Source of the DNA: Octopus sinensis
Taxonomy: Eukaryota
Direction of reading: 5' to 3'
Assembly: GCF_006345805.1 (NCBI RefSeq)
Contig: NC_043011.1
Coordinates: forward strand, 25,742,464 to 25,806,463
Length of the DNA: 64,000 nt
Shown here one piece after another: positions 1 through 14,172 of the stretch. The notes under the pieces are model-generated. The model worked only from the letters and a program-made list of their open reading frames with translations, did not search any database and was not told the DNA's origin. The position numbers and the translations under genes are program-made. How positions within the stretch are numbered: the stretch's first letter is position 1; each line of letters opens with the position of its first letter.

Positions 1-44
<44 letters not shown>

Positions 45-491
45 CACACACACACACACACACGCAATTTCTGAGTGTGAGGTTTGGGAAATTGTTAGAT
101 CGTTCCATTCTGTCTCCGACTATTTTCGCCCATAGCAACAACAATAACAACAAGTAGTAATAGCAGTCATATCGGTACAATGGTGGAAGGAACGAACGAG
201 GAGGTGTAGGAAGAGAAGGGGGAAAGGAAAGAGAGTGAGTGAGTGAGTAAGAGTAAGAGACTCAGAGAGAGAGAGAGAGAGGGAGAGAGTGTGTGTGTAT
301 GGAAGAGAGAGAGACAGACAGAGAGAATGTGTGTGTGTGTGTGTGTAAGAGAGAGAATGAGACAGACTCGGAAAATGAATGAGAAAGATTATAGACTCAC
401 AAATGAGACTACGTTGAAACTACGATACATATAGACTGATGTATATATATATATGTGCATGAGTGTGTGTGTGTGTGTGTATATATGTATA

Positions 492-908
492 CTCTTTTAC
501 TCTTTTACTTGTTTCAGTCATTTGACTGCGGCCATGCTGGAGCACTGCCTTTAGTCGAGCAAATCGACCCCGGGACTTATTCTTTGTAAGCCCAGTACTT
601 ATTCTATCGGTCTCTTTTTTTTTTGCCGAACCGCTAGGTGACGGGGACGTAAACACACCAGCATCGGTTGTCAAGCAATGCTAGGGGGACAAACACAGAC
701 ACACAAACACACATACATACACACATATATATATATACATATATACGACAGGCTTCTTTCAGTTTCCGTCTACCAAATCCACTCACAAGGCATTGGTCGG
801 CCCGGGGCTATAGCAGAAGACACTTGCCCAAGATGCCACGCAGTGGGACTGAACCCGGAACCATGTAGTTGGTTAGCAAGCTACTTACCACACAGCCACT
901 CCTGCGCC
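492..908 (-). mobile_element. tRNA-head SINE family A, full length
   Basis: Head ggcgcaggagtggctgtgtgg, (agagtaaa) tail; possible 8-bp TSD tatgtata (484-491 and 909-916). Confidence 0.9.
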
Positions 909-1263
909 TATGTATATATACTTTATTATTATTAAAGCTGAAAAAACATCACAAAAACATCACAAAAAAACTGCTACTCAGAGTTTCACGTTCCCGTTCG
1001 ACGGACAGGTTCGACTGTCCGACGAACAACAACGTGAAACTCCGAGGAGCAGTTTTTGTGTGATATTCTTTTGATATTTATGTGATATTTTTGTGAGATT
1101 TTTGCGATATTTTAGCAGCTTTGATAATAGTAAAGCATATTACTCTACCTCCGGTATTCGAATACTATTTTTTCCCACCTTGTTTCACACTCATGTGCTT
1201 ACTTTGGTATGTATGTATGTATGTATGTATGTATGTATGTATGTATGTATGTATGTATGTATG

Positions 1264-1304
<41 letters not shown>

Positions 1305-1508
1305 GTATATGGATATATATATATATATATGTATATGTATATATATATATATGTGTATATGTATATATATATATATATAAGGTATATGTATATATATATA
1401 TATATGTATATATATGTATATATATATGTATATATATATGTATATATATATATGTAATATATATATATATATGTATAATATATATAGTATATATATATGT
1501 ATATATTG

Positions 1509-1539
<31 letters not shown>

Positions 1540-1642
1540 GATATGTATATATATGTTAATATATATATATGTATATATATATAGGTATATATCTATATAT
1601 ACATATGTATATATAGTATATATATATGTATATATTATAGTA

Positions 1643-1683
<41 letters not shown>

Positions 1684-1733
1684 GATCTGTGTATATATAT
1701 ATATATGTATCTATATATATATGTATCTATATA

Positions 1734-1776
<43 letters not shown>

Positions 1777-1879
1777 GTATATATATATCTATATATATAT
1801 TTGTATTATATATATATATGTATATATATATATATGTATATATGTATATATATGTATATATATAGTATATATATATATG

Positions 1880-1929
<50 letters not shown>

Positions 1930-1958
1930 CAAAATAAGAAAATGGAGAAATACATTAT

Positions 1959-1992
<34 letters not shown>

Positions 1993-2002
1993 CATGATAG
2001 AT

Positions 2003-2275
<273 letters not shown>

Positions 2276-2307
2276 GTATGTATGTATATATTATACATAT
2301 ATATATG

Positions 2308-2366
<59 letters not shown>

Positions 2367-3097
2367 CATATACTATATTATTATATATATATAGATATAT
2401 ATATATATGTATGTATGTATGATATATATATATACATATATATATGGATGTATATATATATATATATATATAGATATATATATGTATATATATATATATA
2501 TATACATAATATATATATATATATATATATGTGTATGTATATATATATATATATATATATATTATGTATGTATATATACACTTGTATGAATATGTGTGTA
2601 TGTATATATTAGCCCGGTTAAACTCCCTTTTACTCTCACACACACATATACACACACAGGCACACACACACATATATATATATACACTTATATATATATG
2701 TATATGTATGTGTGTATGTGTATATATATATAAATATATACGTATTTATATATATATATTATATACACATGTATGTTTAAATGTATGTATGTATGTGTAT
2801 GAGTGCGTGCGTGCGCGTGTGCATGTGTGTGTGCGTGCGTGTGTATGTCTGTCTGTGTGTGTGTGTATGTATTTCAAATAGAGTTGGTAACATGTTTGTT
2901 GTGCAAGGCAATGAATCGAATAAGTACTCAATACTTTATTTATGTGATACTCAATCACAGTACATTTGAATAGGTTGTGTTACAGAGCTGAATTCCTGAT
3001 GCTGGCGTGGGTGGGGGGAGGTGTTTCACATTTCCGCTCGTCTCTCTCTTCACATGTACATATATGTATTTGTACGTGTGTGTGTGTTGGTATAGAC

Positions 3098-3193
<96 letters not shown>

Positions 3194-3239
3194 TTATCTA
3201 TCTAACTGTCTGTCTATCTATCTATCTATCCATCTATCC

Positions 3240-3278
<39 letters not shown>

Positions 3279-3463
3279 CTATCCTTTCTCCCCCCCTTTT
3301 TAAAAATTTTTTATTTTATCTACCCCCTTTTTTTGGTCCTCTTCTTTCCTTTTACGATCCCTTTTGATCGAAAAACCAAACCCCTTCTTTTACCCCCAAA
3401 GAAAAGCTCTACCTTGTAATTTTGTCCTGTCTGTGTACAGCCCTGTGTGCTAAAAAAGAAACA

Positions 3464-3507
<44 letters not shown>

Positions 3508-3510
3508 ATC

Positions 3511-3552
<42 letters not shown>

Positions 3553-3569
3553 GTGTGTGTTGTGTGGTG

Positions 3570-3600
<31 letters not shown>

Positions 3601-4314
3601 TGTATGTGTACGTATGTGTGTGTATTTGAAAGTGACGTAGAGAATGAAAGTGGGAGAGAGAGGGAAAGGGTGAGCGAGCGAGAGTGGAAATGAGAAAGAA
3701 ATTAAAGAAACGATACAGGCAGATCGATAACTTGATTGATCGACACGGTTAGACGGACTGACAATTATTAGATAGATAAATAGATTTGATAGACATGTAT
3801 GCACACACATCCATGCTTTCTCGTGTCTGTGTGTGTGTGAGTGTGTATTTATGCATGTGTGTATGTATGTATGTATGTATACACACACACATATATATAT
3901 GGAGAAATAGTGAGAAAGAGAAAAACACAGTGAGAGTGAGAAAGAGAGAAGGAGAAAGAGAGAGGCAAGTGCGAAGCGTTAGCATTGAGGGTAGTTCTGA
4001 GTGAGTGAACGTTTGGAGGAAAAATCGTATAACTATGACGTAATGAGTTCTTTCATATAACATATTTCATAAGAGACGGAATATTTATCTCATTTACTCT
4101 TACTCATGCACTCACTCGATCGCTCGCTCACTCACTCAAGCACTCGATCGCTCGCTCACTCACTCACTCACTCGCTCACTCATCCTCTAATGCGCTCACG
4201 CACTCACTAACACTGTTTTGTGTTATCTTGCTGACTATCTGTCCTTAGAACGATAGATACATATAGTTACAAGATAAATATAGTTACATAAGCAAAGCTA
4301 GTCACCCAATCAAG

Positions 4315-4350
4315 CGTATATATATATATATAATAATATATATATATATA

Positions 4351-4421
<71 letters not shown>

Positions 4422-4443
4422 ATATATATATATATATATATAT

Positions 4444-4492
<49 letters not shown>

Positions 4493-4549
4493 AATATATA
4501 TAAATATATATTGTGTATATATTATATTATTTTATATGTATATATATAT

Positions 4550-4597
<48 letters not shown>

Positions 4598-4763
4598 TGT
4601 GTTATAATATATATATATAATATAATATATGTTAATAATAATATATAAATATATATATGTATATATATATAAATATATATAATAATATATATATATATGT
4701 ATATAATATATATATATGTATAAATTTATATATATACATACATACACACACACATATATACAT

Positions 4764-4797
<34 letters not shown>

Positions 4798-4800
4798 TCA
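4315..4800. repeat. (TA)n/(CA)n microsatellite field
   Basis: Direct inspection. Confidence 0.98.
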
Positions 4801-4843
4801 AACAGATAGACAACAGACAGACTGTGACAAAGGTAGAGACAGC

Positions 4844-4893
<50 letters not shown>

Positions 4894-5171
4894 CAGAGAG
4901 GCAGACAGAGACAGCTAGAGAGAAAGAGAGACAGAGACAGAGACAGAGGGAAAGAGAGGCAGACAGAGACAGAAGTAGAGACAGCTAGAGAGAAAGAGAG
5001 AGGGAGAGACAGATAAACAGATAACATCGCATTGCATACCAAACAGACGTGCGTATGTATGTATGCATGTAATTATGTATATATATACATACAGACACGT
5101 ACACTCACAGGTACATACGCAAGGACACACACACATACGCACATACAAAGACACATGCAAATACACACACG

Positions 5172-5216
<45 letters not shown>

Positions 5217-5415
5217 TCACATACACACACACGCACACATGCAGATCGATCGATGAATCAGTATATGTTTGTCGCTCAATTTTCTGCTGATTAATTTATT
5301 AATTAATTGCTTGTACGTGAAAGCATTAAAATAAACGCCAATGTATAAGAAAACAATTATATAAACAAAGCAGCAAAAAACAAAACAAAACAAAACGAGA
5401 AAAAAAACAAAACAA

Positions 5416-5452
<37 letters not shown>

Positions 5453-5655
5453 GTTGGTCATCGATGTTACTACGACAAATTGATTCAGCGAGTCATTTTA
5501 CTGATTGGAAATCGTGTAAATCGAGGGAAATATGTTATAATGAGATTAATGGAAAAGTACAAACAAAAATAAGAGCAAAATTTTAAAGCAATCATCTGTT
5601 GAAATGAGGATGAAAAACTTAAATTATAAGATAAAATTAATGTATGTATATATAC

Positions 5656-5738
<83 letters not shown>

Positions 5739-5747
5739 CTCTATCTA

Positions 5748-5808
<61 letters not shown>

Positions 5809-5919
5809 TCACACGCACATTCACGCACGCACACACTCACATACACACAGACACACACAGACACACCACACACACACACACATACACATACACACACACA
5901 CACATTACATTACATGTAA

Positions 5920-6068
5920 TGTGAATAGGAAGATCGCTTTGCAGCCGAGTGGTTTCACGTTCAGTCCCATTGCGTGGCACTTTGGGTAAGTGTCTTCTAC
6001 CATAGTTGACGGAAACTGCGTGGAAGCCCGTCGTATAAATATATATATATATATATATAGACATATAT

Positions 6069-6121
<53 letters not shown>

Positions 6122-6340
6122 GTGTGTGTGTAACTTTGTGTCTGTTACCTCTATTCGCTCGACAACCAGTGTTAGTTTGTTTACATCTCCGTAACTTAAC
6201 GGTCTGGCAAAAGAGACCGATAGAATAAGTACTAGATTTAAAACTAAGAAGTGGAGCCGATTTGTTGGACTAAAACCCTTCAAGGCAGTTCCTCAGCAAA
6301 GCCGCAGTCCAGTGATTGAAGCAAGTAAGAGATAAAAGAC
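5920..6340 (+). mobile_element. SINE family A (diverged)
   Basis: Similarity to 492-908. Confidence 0.75.
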
Positions 6341-6358
6341 ACACACACACACAAACAC

Positions 6359-6405
<47 letters not shown>

Positions 6406-6499
6406 GCACACGCACGCACGCACACACGCAAACTGACATTCTTCCTTGAATTTCGTTGGCAGTTCACGAAAATCAGGAAACTCAGAGTAGATTGTCCCC

Positions 6500-6671
6500 T
6501 TTTTGGGGAAGGGGGCCAGTAAATTAGATCAATCCCAGTACGCAAATGGTACTTAATTTATCGACCCCGAAAGGATGAAAGGCAAAGTTGTCCTCGGTAG
6601 AATTTGAACTCAGGACGTAAAGACAGACGAAATACTTATTTCTTTACTACCCACAAGGGGCTAAACACAGA
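6500..6671 (-). mobile_element. SINE family B fragment (inverted local copy of 7639-7811)
   Basis: Shares private variants with 7639-7811. Confidence 0.85.
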
Positions 6672-6748
6672 TATAATATCTTTTGATATAATATCTATAT
6701 CCATATATCCATTCTATTCAGTGTTGTGATTTCTATATTGTATTTAAA

Positions 6749-7132
6749 GTGGAGGCGCAATGGCCCAGTGGTTAGGGCAGCGGACTCGCGGTCATAGGAT
6801 CGCGGTTTCGATTCCCAGACCGGGCGTTGTGAGTGTTTATTGAGCGAAAACACCTAAAGCTCTACGAGGCTCCGGCAGGGGATAGTATTGATCCCTGCTG
6901 TACTCTTTCACCACAACTTTCTCTCACTCTTACTTCCTGTTTCTGTTGTACCTGTATTTCAAAGGGCCGGCCTTGTCACTCTCTATGTCACGCTGAATAT
7001 CCCCGAGAACTACGTTAAGGGTGCACGTGTCTGTGGAGTGCTCAGCCACTTACACGTTAATTTCACGAGCAGGCTGTTCCGTTGATTCGGATCAACCGGA
7101 ACCCTCGTCGTCGTAACCGACGGAGTGCTTCC
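6749..7132 (+). mobile_element. tRNA-head SINE family C, full length with 14-bp TSD
   Basis: A box tggcccagtggtt, B box ggtttcgattccc; TSD atattgtatttaaa at 6735-6748 and 7133-7146. Confidence 0.92.
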
Positions 7133-7283
7133 ATATTGTATTTAAACAATTACTTAGTAAGCTAATAAAACAAGCAATGGTTTGCACTTGGCATTTACTT
7201 TATTTGCAAAAATATTTTAAACTTTGTGTTAGTAGTAAACGTTGTGCTGTAACTCAAATGCCGGTGTATTGTATAAAACATTC

Positions 7284-7850
7284 CAAATTCCGCCGAGGTC
7301 AACTTTGTCTTTCATCCTTTCGGGGTCGATTAAATAAGTACCAGTTAAGCACTGAGGTCGATGTAATCTCCTTAATCCGTTTGTCTGTCCTTGTTTGTCC
7401 TCTCTATGTTTAGCCCCCTGTGGGCAATAAAGAAATAAATAAGGCGGCGAGCCGGCAGAAACGTTAGCACGCCGGGCGAAATGCTTTGCGGCATTTCGTC
7501 TGTCTTTATGTTCTGAGTTCAAATTCTGCCGAGGACAACATTGCCTTTCATCCTTTCGGTGTCGATTAAATAAGTACCAGTTACGCATTGGGGTCGATAT
7601 AATCGACTTAATCCGTTTGTCTGTCCTTGTTTGTCCTCTCTGTGTTTAGCCCCCTTGTGGATAGTAAAGAAATAGGTATTTCGTCTGTCTTTACGTCCTG
7701 AGTTCAAATTCTACCGAGGACAACTTTGCCTTTCATCCTTTCGGGGTCGATAAATTAAGTACCATTTGCGTACTGGGGTTGATCTAATTTACTGGTCCCC
7801 TTCTCCAAAAATTCTGGGCCTTGTTCCTAGAGTAGAAAAGATTATATAAA
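7284..7850 (+). mobile_element. SINE family B tandem array (partial monomer plus dimer)
   Basis: Head ggcggcgagccggcagaaacgttagc at 7443; repeated gaggtcgactttgcctttcatcctttcggggtcgat core. Confidence 0.9.
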
Positions 7851-8039
7851 ACATTCTTGTGCCTTATAGATTTCATCAAATATTTCAGAAGTGGAATATT
7901 TTTGTGGTGATCCTTCCAAATTTATATCGGAATCAAAACTGGGTTAAGTTGCATGTAAGTAGCAGTAATTGGAAAAGAAGAAAATACTCATTTCATCCTT
8001 AATCAGCAGCCAGCCAGTCACCTACCAATAGAAAAGGTT

Positions 8040-9260
8040 ACCGGAAAATTATTTGGTTCCACCTCTCATTAAATTTCATATCCACTACAACTAGTCTCTT
8101 CCCATGTCTAATTTATAAATATTTCCTGATCAACAACCTATATAGAAAAATGATTATCAGAAATAATTCAAAAATAGATTACAGTTGTACATCAAATGTG
8201 AAATGCGTAGTCACCAGAAATCTCAGCAAACCAACAGGGGTAAATTGCTTTTGTAGAAATAAAAATTTATGTCCTCTCTGGCAGTCATGCAAACGTTCAG
8301 ACGATCATTTATTTGCGAGACCGTGATTGCCTTCACGGAACAAAATCTAAAGAACGTGAATAAGCATTATGTTGGAATGGCGGAAGCTAAATTCTAATAC
8401 CGCTATTTCAAGCATATTTCTTTTAGCTATATACGAAAGAGGAACGTCAGCATACTAATTATATTTGGCGATTGAAAGACTGTGGAATTAAATTCGATAG
8501 AAACTGGAAATTTTTATAATGGAGCTAATCTTATATGAACGAAGCAAGTTATGTACAAACAATTTAGAAGGTTTTTATCCTAAAATGTTTCAAATGCCTA
8601 AAAGATTGTTTAAATATTAGAATAGAAATTTTTGGTGGATGCATGCATTTTGGAAAATTCATTTTAGGAAACCAGAAACAAATACAGAACAATTTGATTA
8701 AAGCGATTATTTTTCTTGCCATTCTGTATTATGGAATTACCAGAATTTACACTTCAGTCAATCTTACGCAGCGATAATATTACATATCTCATTAAGGTAG
8801 TGAGCTAACAGAATGGTTAGCACGCTGGAAAAATGCTTAGAGGCATTTCGTCCTAATTTATGCTCTGACCTCAAATTCTGCTGAGATCAACTTTGCTTTT
8901 CATCCTTTCGGGGTCGATAAAATAAGTACTAGTAGATCACTGGGGTCGATGTAATCGACTTACTTCACTTCCCCGAAATTGCTGGCCTTGTGCCATAACT
9001 TGAAACTAATATTACATATCTCACCTGGGAGAGATAATTGATCTTATAGAAACAAAGCTTTACAATCCTCTGATACTATATTCCTAATGCGCATGTATAA
9101 GTAATACAAATATCTTATAAACATACTGAATGAAGTCATCTTATAAACACACAAAACCACTATCCGTACTTGAGGTTCATTGCAGATTCATCTGATGCTT
9201 GTAAGTGTTTAGCTATAGGCATGAAACTAGTAGTTATGAACCTGTAACTCCTATCAACTA
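8040..9260 (+). mobile_element. Degenerate Penelope-like element (RT-EN linker, GIY-YIG, 3' region), interrupted by a SINE at 8796-9006
   Basis: Frameshifted peptides IIWFH..., KIDYSC, C.CRNKNLCPL, YVGMAE, YIWRLKD, LLNIRIEIFGGCMH; degenerate HHR near 9187-9240. Confidence 0.7.
8796..9006 (+). mobile_element. SINE family B
   Basis: Family similarity. Confidence 0.85.
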
Positions 9261-9779
9261 TCTTAAAATAATAAATCTGTAGTTTTACTGCACGAATTGA
9301 GCATTCTTATTTTGTTGGTGATAGCATCTGTGATTTACAATTCATTAATTAATAATGTACAAAGCGATTTGTGGATAATTTGAAATGCTGTTAAGTTAAT
9401 TTATGAAATATATTTTTGTAAACTTATAGTTTTAACCACGCTGCAAGAAGTAATGAAAATCGTAATATCATAAGATTTTATCTCTCCTTGGACAAAAAAA
9501 GAATGGAAAAGAATAACCTACCTATTTAGTCTTAGACCTCTTTATTTAGATCTATCAATTTAGTCCGACCTATTTAATTTTAGTATTAGTCCTTCGTCTG
9601 TGAAAGGTATTTATCCTTTGTCCGTAGAGAAATTAGTAGCTTATAGCTGTTTATATTTTATACAAGCTCGGGCAGTTAAATTAGGTGACTTAATTTGCAT
9701 GACATCGCATGCGCTGACAACGCGGATAATTAATTAATAATACAAAACATAGCGTAGCAGAGATTTTGAAGTGGCAGGG

Positions 9780-10350
9780 TCCTGACAAAGCAGAATCCGA
9801 CCCATTCCAGGTTTGAATGGATCGGGTATGAAACAACTGGATATTACGCTAGAATCACAAAGACAGGTTAGGTATTGTGATGGGAGAAATTCGCCAGATC
9901 CAAGAAGAGAAGCGTGCAACAAAAGCAGTGGGGTTGGAAATAATAAACATGTGAAATAACGTGAGATAGTTAAGCAAAGAAACCCGTCGATGGAATATTT
10001 TGTAAAGAATGAAGTCAACGAAGTTATGAATCCTACTGAGTGTGGTGAACAAGGTATTCCCATTCCTGGCCTCCAGGTCAATATTATACAGTGGAGCAGA
10101 ACTGACGCTATTGGTTGTCATCGTTGTGACATCGAAGTTTTGCATTATTGGAGCATATTTCTGCCAGCGTACGTCACCCCTTGTTTGAGGGTTGCGTCTG
10201 GTGGTATAATAAAACCCTTAACAGACAAAACAGTAATGCAGCAATGCAACAACATGGATGTAATGAGAATAAAACACCGAATTGCATCCTGTTGATTTGC
10301 ATAGGATGAACGCATAAAGGTGGTATAGGAGCATAAAGAACGGAAACGGC
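9780..10350 (+). mobile_element. Possible degenerate restriction-like-endonuclease LINE fragment (HERO/NeSL-like)
   Basis: 'GEIRQIQEEKRATKAVG' and 'ECGEQG' weakly resemble the pre-zinc-knuckle region of such elements. Confidence 0.3.
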
Positions 10351-10599
10351 TATATCTAAGGCTTGCCAAATAAAGCTACCACAAAATACAGACATTCTTG
10401 TCTCAGTGATACCGAAAGCTATGCCAGTGGAGCACAGACTCCAAGTTGGGCCTCCCATGTCCAACAAGTCAAAAGACAGAGGCCAGGTTAATTTGACCCT
10501 TTGCCAGATATGAAAATGAATTTGCCTAGGGTCAACACCACTAACTAGAGAAAAACAACAACAACAGCAAATAAACAAACAAACAAACAAAATTACAGA

Positions 10600-10870
10600 A
10601 TCATCGATGGCAATCCAAAACCAAAAAAGACTTGGGAGAGGAAGTTCTTCCCTTAGGGGAATATATGATACGTCAGGCCCCACAAGGGAGGTGGAAGAGA
10701 AGGACCTTAAAAGTAGTTGGAGGCGGCATATAGAAGCACAGCTGACCAAAGGAGGCATCGAGCTGGAGAGAAGAAAAGACAGTTCAGGGTCAAGATCAGG
10801 GGGGAAAAAAGTCGTCGATGGTCTGTGCTCCATACAGAGCAAAAGGACTTCAATAGCCAGATGGAGTGAA
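10600..10870 (+). mobile_element. RTE LINE 3' end
   Basis: PQGRWKRR...SWRRHIEA...VVDGLCS. Confidence 0.7.
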
Positions 10871-10941
10871 TATTCTTCGTAGATCAGATCTAATAAAATT
10901 GAGTCTGTTATCTTGACTACATTATCTATCTATCTATGTAT

Positions 10942-10974
<33 letters not shown>

Positions 10975-11497
10975 CTTGTCTGTCCGTCAATGTGAGTGTG
11001 TATATATGCATCTCCACTTCATTTGTTCGAAGCTGAGATTTTCCCCGACCCCATTCTCAGTCGGTCTCTGAATAAACTCTAAACTCTATTATTTACATTG
11101 AACAATCCCCATTCGCCTGCAAATTCAAACGTTTGTGTGTGTGTGTGTGTGTGTTGTGTTGTGTGTGTGTGTGTGCGAATACACACACAAACATGTACAT
11201 ACTTACACACATGCTTACATAAAATGTATTGTACGTATTAAGACACACGCATGCCCAAATACACACATACGTACACAGTGGCCTCTATTCAAAGAACATG
11301 AGATAAGTGCAGTAGTTCTGAATGGTTTATGTTTTCCTTCCTCTCAGGATACTGTGAAGGAAATGTAGAGATGTTTCCCTATACTTTTACATTGATCGAT
11401 TCTTCCAACTCATCTTTCCCGTCTCTTCCATATTTAACATTCAACATAAGAGTAAAGCAACACCGATATATTCCGATATGCATACACGCGTGTGTAT

Positions 11498-11545
<48 letters not shown>

Positions 11546-11588
11546 ACGTATGACACATACTTACATCATACCTATATACATATATATA

Positions 11589-11641
<53 letters not shown>

Positions 11642-12727
11642 CACATATACATACACACACACACACACATACATAGAGTGTCTATCTCCCGCAGCATTAT
11701 ACATACATATCTGTGTGTATTTGTGTGTTTATATATATATATAAATATAATATATATGCACACGCACATTAAAACGTATATTATATATATATGTTGTGTG
11801 GTGTTTATGCATTGTGTACATATATCTATATGAATGTGTATATGCGTGTGAGTGTATATATCTTCTATAATTTTCTTTTACTTATTTCAGTCCGTGAGTT
11901 ATGGCCAAGTTGGGGCACTAATGTTGTTTACTTACACTTTTTACCGATCCTCCTTTAGTTGGTATTTGGTGAACGGTAGAGTCCGAAGCTGTGTTTCTCT
12001 CCGCGAAGAAAACTTGTCAGGAATTCTAGACAGTGGAAGGCGAAGTTTTGAAGACGTCTACATTCCACATTACATAGGTTTTTTTAAGTCTTTCGGTAGA
12101 ATATCGAAAAGATATGACTTCATGAACACCTAAGTTATTGCAATATCTAGTTTGAAATTTGGATGGCGAAGATGCGATCTAAGGCCCATTGCAGTGGTGC
12201 CACGTTTGGAGATTAACATCAATGGTAAAGTTCGGTGCAAGTCCTTCCGGGATCGTTCAGAAACATATTACAGCACACCTTTCCCGTATTCGCTGAAGTG
12301 TGTCTTAACTCTTTTTCAACCTTTCCTGGTTTGTTGCATTGAGGCAATCATCTTCGTGTAACAGCTTTGACTTGCTTCAAGTACCGCCATTAATTTTACA
12401 CTATGTGGTGATTATAACTGTGAGCAATAATCTAGACGAAGACAAATGTCCTCCAGAGGACTATTATGGTTTCCCGCTTTAATGTTCTGAGCTTCTTAGA
12501 ATCCATCCGGCCAGCCAGCTGCAGTTCATTGCCATCTTAGAAATATGCACATGAAAACATGCATACCACTTACGTTAATGCCTAGGTCAAGTACTGATTG
12601 CGACTCTAAGAAGATTGCAATTCCTCTTGGTCAAGTGTATTTCGTGTTCATTGCTTTTAATTTTGTGAGTTGATGGCTGCGGGGTTGGACTGTATTCTGT
12701 TTTCTTCAACCCACTTATATAAAGCAT

Positions 12728-13000
12728 GGAGGCACATAGCCTAGTGGTTAGAGCAGCGGACTCATGGTCGAGGGATCGCGGGTTCGAATCTCAGACCGGG
12801 CGATGTTTATGAGCGAAACACCTAAGCTCCACGCAGCTCCGGCAGAAGTTAATGGCGAACTTCTGCTGACTCTTTCGCCACAACTTTCTCTCACGCTTTC
12901 CTTCTGCATCTAGCAGCTTACCTGTGACGGACCGGTGTCCCGTCTAGGTGGGGCACCTATACGCCAATGAAACAGGCATGGCTCGAGAAGGAACAAACAA
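12728..13000 (+). mobile_element. SINE family C head and core with a different 3' tail
   Basis: Matches 6749-6930, then diverges; ends ggaacaaacaa plus (GAC)n(AAC)n. Confidence 0.8.
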
Positions 13001-13002
13001 CA

Positions 13003-13078
<76 letters not shown>

Positions 13079-13149
13079 CTTATATATAGCATTTAACTCA
13101 TGTTACAGGTGCGTAGCTTGTCCAGGATTCTTTATCATCTTTTGTATCG

Positions 13150-13546
13150 TCGTGTGGTAAGAAGCTGCTTCCCAACCACACGGTTCCGGGTTCAGTCCCA
13201 TTGCGTGACACTTTGGGCAAGTGTCTTCTACTATAGCCTCGGGCCGACCAAAGCCTTGCGAATGGATTTGGTAGATGGAAACTAAAAGAAGCCCGTTGTA
13301 TATATTTGTATGTATGTATGTATGTATGTATGTATGTATGTGTCTTTGTATCTGTCCCCCAATCACCGTTTGATAACCGGTGTTGGTGTGTTTACGTTCC
13401 AGTAACTTAGCGGTTCGGCAAAAAAGACCAATAGAATAAGTACTAAGCTTAAGAAATAAGTCCTGAATCGATTTGTTCAACTAAAGCCCTTCATGCCGGT
13501 GCTGAAGTATGGCCGCAGTCTAATGACTGAAACAAGTAAAAGAATA
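13150..13546 (+). mobile_element. SINE family A
   Basis: Similarity to 492-908. Confidence 0.85.
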
Positions 13547-13956
13547 AGGCTAGTGAGGATGGCCCCGCTGTATAGTTGGTGGCATGTCTAAGACAGTCAC
13601 AATGAACAATATTGGCTCCAAGACAATATCCTACTGGGCTCCACTCACTATCATTGTTCCCTAGGAGATGCCCCAATTCGCTACAACTGTCTTTTAAAAA
13701 ATCATTCTGACACTCCAGCAGTTTTCCAACTACCACGAGATCATTCCATGACTAACTTCGTCAAAAGGCTTTCGCAAAGTCGAGATATATCATATTCATA
13801 TTTGAGTGATTGGGCATACTGTTTTAACACCCTTATATTTATTCTAAGACACATGTCTCTACCTCTCTCTCTCCCCCTCTCTCTCTCTCTTTCTGTCTGT
13901 CTGTTTGCCTGTTTATACACACACATATACACAGACAGACACATATAAATAGTTAT

Positions 13957-14049
<93 letters not shown>

Positions 14050-14072
14050 TGTGTGTGTGTGAGTGTGTGAAT

Positions 14073-14170
14073 GCGCATGGCTCAGTGGTTAGAGCGTCGG
14101 GCTCACAACCATGAGGAAGTGAGTTCGATTCCCGGACCTGGCTGTGTGTTGTGTTCTTGAACAAGACATT
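14073..14170 (+). mobile_element. tRNA-head SINE family D, head only
   Basis: gcgcatggctcagtggttagagc...gagttcgattccc. Confidence 0.75.
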
Positions 14171-14172
14171 TA

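Larger units (their letters stand above)
11950..13790 (-). mobile_element. Old CR1-type LINE (RT C-half), split by two SINE insertions at ~12728-13546
   Basis: Degenerate peptides 'IVSGAQ*DIVLEPILF' (13580-13660), 'KWVEEN' (12700), 'SPHSVKL..LEA.Q..YTK.I', 'RER.AVI', 'TRYCNNLG', 'FDILPKDL', 'VDVFK'. Confidence 0.75.

Noticed and set aside
6749-6830. tRNA-like A/B boxes (also 12728, 14073, 33779 and the SINE A/B heads)
   Set aside because: No complete cloverleaf; each continues into SINE body sequence.
10174-10842. 222-aa minus-strand ORF
   Set aside because: It is the antisense of an RTE 3' end plus simple repeats.
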